Shown here: piece after piece, positions 1-7,374 of the stretch
Layout: every line of letters begins with the position of its first letter
Position numbering within the stretch: position 1 is the first letter of the stretch
Assembly (NCBI GenBank): GCA_031409335.1
Contig: JANNWY010000254.1
Span: 1 to 30,185 of the forward strand
DNA: 30,185 nucleotides
Origin: Chthoniobacteraceae bacterium
GTDB lineage: Bacteria; Verrucomicrobiota; Verrucomicrobiia; Chthoniobacterales; Chthoniobacteraceae
Reading direction: 5' to 3'
Translations under genes and position numbers: made by a program
The notes under the pieces: model-generated
Told to the model about the DNA's origin: nothing
What the model saw: only the letters and a program-made list of their open reading frames with translations
The model's database searches: none

Positions 1-51
1 CCCGAGCAGGCCCCGCCCCGGATCACCGCCGCCGGCCAACTCGACCAATGA
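1..51 (+). CDS. 3' end (last 16 aa) of a probable IS1634-family transposase
   Basis: ccc gag cag gcc ccg ccc cgg atc acc gcc gcc ggc caa ctc gac caa tga; partial at the window edge. Confidence 0.65.
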   Translation, partial: PEQAPPRITAAGQLDQ

Positions 52-136
52 AAGCCCTGTAGTGCAGACTTTTCAGACACCTTCCTTGAAAATCAACGAC
101 TTACGCCTCAAAGATGCGCGAATCCGCCAAGTCGGG
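1..136 (+). mobile_element. Right end of a probable IS1634-family insertion sequence (rest lies outside the window)
   Basis: Frame 1 encodes PEQAPPRITAAGQLDQ* (1-51), resembling the 'LPxQPPPKITAA' C-terminus I recall for IS1634 transposases. It is followed by tgtagtgcagacttt...aatcaacgacttacg...aatccgccaagtcggg|ctaa, resembling ends of this family. Unrelated host coding sequence resumes abruptly at 141. Confidence 0.7.
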
Positions 137-140
137 CTAA

Positions 141-308
141 ACCGCAGAGTTTGCCAGTTCGCCGGTTGGGGCCAGCTTTCAGCCGGCGGTCAACGCACCG
201 ACCGTCACGCCCATCGACGCCACTTGGGAACCGGTGATCGTGGAGGACAGCGTGACGACTGGCGATCAGGCGATCCGCTTCGGGCGGGTGCGGGTGACAG
301 CGCCGTAG
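141..308 (+). pseudogene. Orphan 3' end (55 aa) of a surface-protein gene, paralogous to 2249-2416 and cut off by the IS
   Basis: Translates TAEFASSPVGASFQPAVNAPTVTPIDATWEPVIVEDSVTTGDQAIRFGRVRVTAP*. By manual count 43/55 aa and about 135/168 nt are identical to 2249-2416. Confidence 0.85.
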
Positions 309-368
309 GGAGAAGGTTGAGATTCGAGGTCGCGATGGCTTGGGTCTTTTCACCTCGAACACTGACTG

Positions 369-1541
369 TCACAACGTCGCGAGGATTTGCGCCAGTTCGC
401 GCACTCCGATCGCTTCGATATCCGGCCCGAGGGGATAGCGTTCCTCGCCGGAATACACGACGAAGGATTTCGCCGGGGCGAGGTCGGCGCGGGCGTGGTA
501 AAATCCTTTTTCCGTGCGCGCGGTCAGGCCGCGCTTGATCTCGATGGCCCAAAGTCCGTGCGGGCCCGGCAATTCCAAAAGGAGATCGATCTCCGCACCG
601 GCGGCGGTGCGATAAAAGCTGGCGCGGGTTTGCGGAGGCGCGGCGGAGAGGAGGTTCTCGATGACGAAGCCTTCCCAACTCGTCCCGACGACCGGGTGCC
701 CGGCAAGCGCGTTTTCATCGGCGATGCCGAGCAGGGCGTGGACGAGGCCGCTGTCACGCACATAGACTTTGGGGGATTTGACGAGCCGCTTTTTCGTGTT
801 GGCGTGAAAAGGCGGCAGCCTGCGCACGAGGAGCAGATCGACGAGAAGGTCGATGTAGTTTGTCACCGTCTGCGAACGAACGGAAAGGCTGGCGGTGAGC
901 TTCGAGGCGTTGAGCAAGGTGCCCTGGCTGTGCGCGAGCATGGTCCAGAGGTGCTCCAGCGTTTCCGCGGGGATGCGCGGTCCAAACTGCGGGACATCCC
1001 GCTCCAGATAGGTGCGGATGAAGCTCAGGCGAAAGGCGAGACTGTTGGCTTCCGATGCGGCGAGGAAACTGTCGGGGAAACCGCCGCGGACCCAAAGCCG
1101 GGACAGGGACTTCAAATCGGGCGCGGCCTCCAAAACGTCGAGGGGATTGAGTTCCACGTATTCGATGCGGCCCGCGAGGGTCTCGCCGGATTGCTTGAGC
1201 AAATCAATGCTGGCCGAGCCGAGGATCAGGAATCGCCGGGTCCGTCGTCCTTGCCGGCGGCCTTGGTCGATGATGCCGCGGAGGGCTTGAAAAATCTCCG
1301 GCAGCCAGTGGATTTCGTCGAGGATGACGAGGCGATCTTCATAATTTTTCAGGTAAAGTTCAGGGTCCGTCAGTTTGTCCCGATCTGAACGTTACTCCAG
1401 ATCGAGGTAAATGGCATCGCCGGAATCCGCGATCGCATGCGCCAGAGTCGTCTTTCCGACTTGGCGCGGCCCGAGAAGGACCACGCCTGCCTGGCGGGCG
1501 AGTGCGGTTTCGACTGTGTGGTAGGCACGTCTGGCGATCAT
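369..1541 (-). pseudogene. AAA_14/DUF4143-type ATP-binding protein with an internal in-frame stop
   Basis: ATG at 1541; Walker A GPRQVGKT; IYLDLE then TAA at 1392-1394. The same frame continues through Walker B VILDEIH, FLILGSAS, ETLAGR, RGGFP, KSPKVYVRDSG and C-terminal EIDL..AIEIK. Confidence 0.9.
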
Positions 1542-1543
1542 CG

Positions 1544-1576
1544 TTGCAATTTTCAAACTCACTTTGAAATATGCAA
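1544..1576. promoter_or_regulatory. AT-rich imperfect palindrome (putative operator/promoter) directly upstream of the ATPase
   Basis: ttgcaattttcaaa-ctcac-tttgaaatatgcaa; 14-bp arms match 12/14. It lies 2 bp from the ATPase ATG. The minus strand has TTGCAT-17 bp-AAAATT. Confidence 0.6.
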
Positions 1577-2416
1577 GGATCATTGCCGTGGGGCTTTCCT
1601 GAGCGCAGCGCGACCAGCGGCGGGACGATCGGCGTGCTGCCGGGCCTCGACTTCTATTCCGGCACGGTGATGACGAGCATCCCGGCCAGCAGCTCCGTGG
1701 TGTATCAAATTTCTGTGCCACCCGAGGCGACGCGCTTCAAGTATTCCTCGACCCACGCGAGCAGCGTGACCGTGCGCATGGAGCAGGGCACGCTGCCCGG
1801 CACGACGGGGACGCAGCACCTCGTTTCCACCGTCGCGAACAGCTCGCTGAATCAGGGGCTCGCGACAACCGTGTGGCCGTGGCAGCCGAATCAGACCTAC
1901 TACGTGCGCTTCGTGAACATCGCCGCCACGACGCAAGCCATCACCTTCACCCTCAACGGCAAAAACGCGCTGACGGAGGACGAGGACAACGACCGCCTGC
2001 CCGATGCGTGGGAGTTGCAGTATTACCCGAATATCAACAGCTACAACGCAACGCACGACATCGACAAGGACGGCGCCAACAATCTGGCGGAATGGGCCTT
2101 CAACCTGAATCCCACGCGGCCCGACATCGCGGCGCTGACGCCGGGCACCGGCACCGCGGGCCTGCCGGTGGCGAGGCTGACCGGGAGCGCCGGGAGTCAA
2201 CGCCTGACGATCGAGTTCGTCCGCCGCAAGAACGTCGCGCTGACCTACACCGTGCAGTTCGCGAACTCGCCCGCCGGGGCCAGCTTTCTGTCCGCAGTGA
2301 ACGCACCGACGGTCACACCCATCGACGCGAATTGGGAGCGCGTGATCGTGGAGGACAACGTGACCACCGGTGATCAAGCGCTCCGCTTCGGGCGGGTGCG
2401 CGTGTCGAAGCCGTAG
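1571..2416 (+). pseudogene. Probably 5'-truncated C-terminal part of a large extracellular protein (DxDxD Ca-binding/TSP3-like motifs, Verrucomicrobia-type C-terminal domain)
   Basis: Ser/Thr-rich beta-type sequence; DEDNDRLPDAWE and DIDKDGANNLAEWAFNLNP motifs; ends FGRVRVSKP. No signal peptide, and the ORF-finder ATG lies inside the neighbouring operator palindrome. Confidence 0.65.
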
Positions 2417-2498
2417 AGCGGGCGGAAATATCCGCTTGAATGAGCGCACGCCCTGCGGACATTGGGCGCTTATTTAACCCCGAACACAGCTTTTCATC

Positions 2499-3494
2499 AT
2501 GAGTAGAATTCTCGTTTGCGGCGCCGGTGGATTCATCGGCGGACACCTCATCGCCGACCTCCGCCGCCAGGGTCACACGCAGCTCCGCGCGGTCGATCGG
2601 AAGCCGCTCGCCGAGTGGTATCAGCGGTTCGACGATGTGGAAAATCTCCACCTCAATCTCGAGCGCCCGGAGAATTGCGACAAGGCCGTGGAAGGTTACG
2701 ACGTCGTCTATAATCTCGCGGCGGACATGGGCGGCATGGGTTTCATCGAGCTGAATAAGGCGCTGTGCATGATCACGGTGCTCATCAATACGCACCTGCT
2801 GCTTTCCGCGAAAAAGTTCGGCGCGAAACGTTTCTTTTACGCCTCCAGCGCGTGCGTCTATAATGGCGACAAACAGAAGGATCCGAACCACACAGCGCTG
2901 AAGGAAGAGGACGCGTATCCCGCGCTGCCCGAGGATGGCTACGGCTGGGAGAAACTTTTCAGCGAACGCATGTGCCGGCATTTCCGCGAGGACTTTGGCA
3001 TCCAGACGCGCATCGCCCGCTACCACAATGTCTATGGTCCAAACGGCACCTACGACGGAGGCCGCGAAAAAGCGCCCGCCGCTGTCTGCCGCAAAGTCAT
3101 CGCCGCCAAACTCAGCGGCAAACATGAAATCGAAATATGGGGCTCAGGCGATCAGACGCGCAGCTTCATGTATATCGACGACTGCCTGCACGGCACGCAG
3201 ATGCTGACGAACAGCGATTTCATCGAGCCGATCAACATCGGCAGCAGCGAGATGGTCTCGATCAATCAGCTCGTCGATATCGTCGAGCACATCGCGGGGA
3301 TCAAACTGAAGCGGAACTACAAACTCGACGCGCCGAAAGGCGTGAACGGCCGCAACTCAGACAACACGCTGATTCAAAAAGTCTTCGGCTGGCAGCCGGG
3401 AACGAAGCTGCGCGACGGCATGGAAAAAACGTATCGCTGGATTCACGACGAAATGGTGAGCCACGGCAGCGGCTCGGTCGTGAATCGCTCGTAG
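2499..3494 (+). CDS. NAD-dependent epimerase/dehydratase, GDP-mannose 3',5'-epimerase-like
   Basis: GAGGFIG, LAADMGGMGFI, YASSACVY, YGWEK and GREKAPAA motifs. Confidence 0.9.
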   Translation: MSRILVCGAGGFIGGHLIADLRRQGHTQLRAVDRKPLAEWYQRFDDVENLHLNLERPENCDKAVEGYDVVYNLAADMGGMGFIELNKALCMITVLINTHLLLSAKKFGAKRFFYASSACVYNGDKQKDPNHTALKEEDAYPALPEDGYGWEKLFSERMCRHFREDFGIQTRIARYHNVYGPNGTYDGGREKAPAAVCRKVIAAKLSGKHEIEIWGSGDQTRSFMYIDDCLHGTQMLTNSDFIEPINIGSSEMVSINQLVDIVEHIAGIKLKRNYKLDAPKGVNGRNSDNTLIQKVFGWQPGTKLRDGMEKTYRWIHDEMVSHGSGSVVNRS

Positions 3495-3499
3495 TCGGA

Positions 3500-4744
3500 C
3501 TACCGGATCAGCATACTCGCAAGGCCGAGGAATGTCCCCATGCTTGCCACGTCCGTCGCGGTCGTGAGGAAGATGCTTGATGCCGTCGCCGGATCGGCGC
3601 CGAGGCGTTTCAGCGCGAGCGGCACGAGTGCGCCGGCGATGCCGCTGAGCAGGCAGCTCGCCGTCATCGCCAGCAGCACGCAAATCGCGAGCATCAGCGC
3701 GGACGGATTGTTCTGCATCGTGGCGTAAACGTACATCCCGATGCCCGCCGTGACGCCGACGAGCGCGCCGTTGCACACGCCGAGCAGTGCCTCTTTTGCG
3801 ACGAGCGTTTTTGCTTTTCCGGTTTTCAATTCCCCGAGCGTCAGCCCGCGCAGCGCGACCGCGAGCGCCTGGCAGCCAGTGTTTCCCGACTGCCCAGCGA
3901 GCACCGGCAGGAAAACGGCGAGCACCACGAGCCGGTCGATCGTATCCTGGAAAACGCCGACCACCGCCGCGGCGACGAATGCGGTGAGCAGATTGAGCTG
4001 CAACCACGGATGCCGAAATTTCAAACTGCGCGTCCACGGCGTGCTCAGGCGCTCTTCTTTTTCGACACCGACCATCGAGCCCGGCTGCGCGCTGAGTTCG
4101 ACGGCCTGGGCTTCAAAAAGCATCTGCCCACGCACCAGCCCGACCAGCCGCCCGCTCGCATCGCAGACCGGATACACAGGAAAATGCCGCACCACGGATT
4201 CCTTCATCGCGTCATTCAGCGACATCTCGGGCGTGAATGCGAACGGCTGGCGGATCATGATTTCGCCGAGCGTTTGCCCGGGATTTTCACTCAGCAGCAT
4301 TTCGCGCATCACGACGACGCCGACGAGCCGCTCGTCTTCATCGACCACGAATAGATACGTGATGAAGGCGCGTTTCGCCAACTGGCGCAGCTCCGCCGTC
4401 GCTTCGGTGATCGTCGTCTCCGGTCGATAAACCGCGAGCGGTGGCTCCATCATGTGGCCGATCGTATCCGGCGCGTGCGCTTCGTTGCGCATCCACTGGC
4501 GACGCGTTTCCACCGACGCCGCGGCCATGATTTTCTGGCGGCGCGCGCCGGGAAAACGCTCGACCACATCCTGCGCCGCTGCCGGGTTGAGCAGTTCCAG
4601 CATTTGCACCACAAACTCGTCGGGATACGGATCGAGCATTTTCACCGCCTCGGTCGGCGCGGTTTCCACGAGGGTCTGGATGAGCGTTTTGACTCCTGTT
4701 GCGTCGTCTTCGGCCGGGGATGTTGGGGAATTTGTCGGGTTCAT
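3500..4744 (-). CDS. mgtE: MgtE-family magnesium transporter (N-domain, CBS pair, TM domain)
   Basis: CBS-type segment (YLFVVDEDERLVGVV), PWLQLNL, GQSGNTGCQ and DPATASSIFLTTATD. Start placed at ATG 4744. Confidence 0.9.
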   Translation of the reverse strand: MNPTNSPTSPAEDDATGVKTLIQTLVETAPTEAVKMLDPYPDEFVVQMLELLNPAAAQDVVERFPGARRQKIMAAASVETRRQWMRNEAHAPDTIGHMMEPPLAVYRPETTITEATAELRQLAKRAFITYLFVVDEDERLVGVVVMREMLLSENPGQTLGEIMIRQPFAFTPEMSLNDAMKESVVRHFPVYPVCDASGRLVGLVRGQMLFEAQAVELSAQPGSMVGVEKEERLSTPWTRSLKFRHPWLQLNLLTAFVAAAVVGVFQDTIDRLVVLAVFLPVLAGQSGNTGCQALAVALRGLTLGELKTGKAKTLVAKEALLGVCNGALVGVTAGIGMYVYATMQNNPSALMLAICVLLAMTASCLLSGIAGALVPLALKRLGADPATASSIFLTTATDVASMGTFLGLASMLIR

Positions 4745-4902
4745 TGATTCGAGAAAGTGTCGCGCGAGCGCGCGGTGAATTCGCGCGAAACGGAAAGAAT
4801 GCACGCGAAAAAGCGCGGTTCGCACACCGCGGATTGCGCATCCGCAAATCGCAGGGTTGAATTTCCTGCCAGAACGGTGGCACGGTCACGTCCCGCATTT
4901 TC

Positions 4903-5994
4903 ATGGCCGAAAGAACAAACGTATTCATCGCCTACTGCTTCCCCGAGAAGAGATGGCTCGATCGCGTCCAGGCGGCGCTGGAACCCTTTGCCGGGGCCGA
5001 CCGCTGCGTCGTCTGGGACGAAAGAAAAGTGCGCACCAGTGGCACATGGAAAGCGGAACTGCCCGAGGTGCTCGCCACGACAAAGGTTGCGATGATGATC
5101 GTGAGCGATCTTTTCCTCGAGTCGGATTTCATCACGCGCGCGAAACTTCCCGCGATGCTCGAGCGCGAACGCGAAGATGGCCTCGAAATCTGCTGGGTGC
5201 TCGCGGGCCAGTGCCTGTTCGAGATGGCGGGCTTGAAGGAAGCCGATCTCGGAAACCGCGCGGGCTTGGCATTCGACGGGCTCGGGCTCGCCCAACGCGA
5301 CACGGAGGTCGCGGCTATCGCGCGAAAAGTGGCGGGGCTGCTCGGCGACGAATCACCCCGGCCCACCGACGCGCCGCCGCCGAAAAAGCCATTGCTTCCC
5401 TCGGCGATTCCGCTCGTCGTCGCGCCGAAACCGGTGCCAAAGAAGCGGCGGAATTTTGGCGTGAAAAAAGGCGAAGGCGAGCTGGTGCCACAGCCCAGCT
5501 TGTTGCCGACCGATCCGCCAGCCATTGCGCCTCGGCAGGAACTCGCGCCAGAGCTAGGAGCAAAAACCGCCGCCCCGTCAGCGTCCGCGGCGGCACCGCA
5601 CGAGGCAGCACGGCCAGCGGAGGCTGTGCCGGTGGAAATCACGCCGCCTGCGTCCGCGCGCGAACTTTCACTCACGACCATGATCGAGGCACGGCAGACC
5701 ACCGTGCTGAAACTCAGCCGCCTCGGGCGGAGGATGCTTTTCTTTTCCTACGCGATCGCACTCGCGGCGGTCGGCGTCCTCTTCACGTTCAGCATCGAGC
5801 ACTTCATTTTCGTCGCCGGATTTGCCCTGCTCGTCGCGAGCCTCGCGATGTGGCTGAACGCGCGTTCGCGTTCTCTCGGCCAGGGACTCGTGGCCATGCG
5901 CTACACCAGCAGCGGGCTCGCGGATGAAGCGCTGCCGACCCGCCAGCGGGACGCCCTCGTGCGCAAGGCCGACGACTACCTCGCGCAAAACTAA
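4903..5994 (+). CDS. TIR-domain protein with a Pro/Ala-rich linker and two C-terminal TM helices; catalytic Glu appears to be Lys
   Basis: N-terminal VFIAY...VWDER...W..EL.EVL..TKVAMMIVSDLFLESDFITRAKLP.ML fits the bacterial TIR_2 pattern; two hydrophobic segments near the C-terminus. Confidence 0.8.
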   Translation: MAERTNVFIAYCFPEKRWLDRVQAALEPFAGADRCVVWDERKVRTSGTWKAELPEVLATTKVAMMIVSDLFLESDFITRAKLPAMLEREREDGLEICWVLAGQCLFEMAGLKEADLGNRAGLAFDGLGLAQRDTEVAAIARKVAGLLGDESPRPTDAPPPKKPLLPSAIPLVVAPKPVPKKRRNFGVKKGEGELVPQPSLLPTDPPAIAPRQELAPELGAKTAAPSASAAAPHEAARPAEAVPVEITPPASARELSLTTMIEARQTTVLKLSRLGRRMLFFSYAIALAAVGVLFTFSIEHFIFVAGFALLVASLAMWLNARSRSLGQGLVAMRYTSSGLADEALPTRQRDALVRKADDYLAQN

Positions 5995-6003
5995 CCACCA
6001 ATC

Positions 6004-6855
6004 ATGGCCGTACCAAACACACCCAACGCCGATCTCGAACAGGCGCTCTTCAAGGCGAATCTGAAGGAAAAAAAACTCCGCCGCCGCGCCACGTTCGCCG
6101 CGCTCCTGCCGCTCATCGCCGGCCTCGCGTGGCTTGGCTACTCGTTCATCGAACTCACCACCTGGCAATCGCGCGCCGATGAAATCGCCGCGCAGGAAAC
6201 CGAAACGCAGCACCGCGAAAAGGCCGCCCAGGAGCGCGTCTCCGCCGCCGAAGCGAAGCTCGCCACCACGGAGGCGAGCGTGCAGACCTTCCAGCAGCAG
6301 GAAAAAGCGGCATCGGAACGCGCGACCGATATTCGCCAGCGGCTGGTGAAAGTGCGCGAGGAAATCGGCGGGCTCGGCACGCTGCTCACCGACCTGAATT
6401 CGGCGAAAGCCAAGGCCTCGAAACTCATGGCCAGCGAAGCCGTGGAATCGCAGATCACCGAAATCCGCACCGCGCTCAGCCGCAGCCTCGCGCGCGCCGA
6501 GCAGGAGATCGATCAGGCGCTTCCCGCCGAGGAGCAAAAGGCGCGGATTTACATTTTTGTCCCGGACGATGCGCAGGCCGCGGCGGCGAAGGAACTCGTG
6601 CCAGTTTTGGAAAGCGCCGGCTTTGACGTCGCGGGCATTTCAAAAAACTCCACGCGCAAAATCGACGAATCCGAAGTCCGCTATTTCCGCGATCCGCAGG
6701 ACAAGGCGGACGCGACGCGCATTCAGGATTTGTTTGTGAAACAGACTGGCCAGAGCGACTGCAAAATCATCCGCACCAGCGACCCGGAAAACGCGGCGGG
6801 CAGTCGGAAATTCCAGGTCTGGTTCGCGAAACCCGCGCCCGTGGGAGAACGCTGA
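6004..6855 (+). CDS. Single-TM coiled-coil protein with a C-terminal LytR_C-like alpha/beta domain
   Basis: TM ATFAALLPLIAGLAWLGYSFI; long E/Q/A/K-rich helical stretch; C-terminal RIYIFV...LESAGFDVAGI...SEVRYF..D...A..I...FQVWF. Confidence 0.65.
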   Translation: MAVPNTPNADLEQALFKANLKEKKLRRRATFAALLPLIAGLAWLGYSFIELTTWQSRADEIAAQETETQHREKAAQERVSAAEAKLATTEASVQTFQQQEKAASERATDIRQRLVKVREEIGGLGTLLTDLNSAKAKASKLMASEAVESQITEIRTALSRSLARAEQEIDQALPAEEQKARIYIFVPDDAQAAAAKELVPVLESAGFDVAGISKNSTRKIDESEVRYFRDPQDKADATRIQDLFVKQTGQSDCKIIRTSDPENAAGSRKFQVWFAKPAPVGER

Positions 6856-6863
6856 ATTTCGCG

Positions 6864-7217
6864 ATGACCGTCCGCGCGCTCGAAAGCCAAACGCCTTTCA
6901 CCACCAAGGACGGCTCGACCATCCGCAGCATCCTCGACCGGACCAATGCGCCGGTGCAAAACCAAAGCCTCGCCGAAGCGCGCGTCGCCGCCGGCGGTGC
7001 GACGCAGCGGCATTACCACCGGATCGCGGAGGAGTTTTATTTCATCCTCGAAGGCCGCGGCACGATCGAGATCGACGGTGAAACGCGCGCGGTCAGTCCG
7101 GGCGATGCGATCCTTATTCCGCCCGGTGCGTGGCACACGATCGGGGCGGAGGAAGCACTGCGTTTTCTCTGCTGCTGCGCGCCGCCCTACTCGCACGACG
7201 ACACGTATTTCGAGTAG
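6864..7217 (+). CDS. Cupin domain protein
   Basis: HYH...EEFYFILEGRG and GDAILIPPGAWH cupin motifs. Confidence 0.9.
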   Translation: MTVRALESQTPFTTKDGSTIRSILDRTNAPVQNQSLAEARVAAGGATQRHYHRIAEEFYFILEGRGTIEIDGETRAVSPGDAILIPPGAWHTIGAEEALRFLCCCAPPYSHDDTYFE

Positions 7218-7232
7218 GGCTGGAGGAGCTTA

Positions 7233-7307
7233 AACACAAAGACACGGAGGACACAGAGATTCACAGAGGCGGAAAGACCGGCTTCTTCTCTGTGTCACTC
7301 TGTGTCT
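7233..7307. repeat. Palindromic element of 9-bp-period ACACAGAG(G)-type units
   Basis: acacaaag acacggagg acacagaga ttcacagag ... ctctgtgtcactctgtgtct; the right arm is shorter. Confidence 0.7.
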
Positions 7308-7374
7308 AAGAAATGGCAGCGCATTATCGAGTTGCCAATGCGGGATGCATCGCGAGTCTCTTCCGCTCTTTCCC

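Noticed and set aside
387..1388. 333-aa plus-strand ORF and other long overlapping ORFs (e.g. 12689-14095, 17463-19040, 23258-25087, 25076-26146)
   Set aside because: Antisense or off-frame shadows of recognisable genes, expected at high GC; Arg-rich with no motifs.
1392..1394. Programmed readthrough or alternative genetic code at the ATPase internal stop
   Set aside because: The stop is TAA, which ends other genes here normally (e.g. 5994). No recoding signal is visible, so a nonsense mutation or sequencing error is simpler.
141..2416. Repeat pair as a diversity-generating retroelement TR/VR
   Set aside because: Mismatches are not adenine-specific, many are synonymous third-position changes, and there is no reverse transcriptase in the window.
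2421..2440. Hairpin gcgga-aata-tccgc as an intrinsic terminator
   Set aside because: Stem is only 5-6 bp and there is no U-tract.
4745..4902. Mg2+ (M-box) riboswitch upstream of mgtE
   Set aside because: Only short GC hairpins in a 158-bp divergent spacer; no recognisable riboswitch consensus. An Rfam scan would settle it.
4903..5994. Assignment to Thoeris, CBASS or Pycsar defence systems
   Set aside because: No ThsA, cyclase, STING or other cognate partner nearby, and the TIR seems to lack its catalytic Glu.
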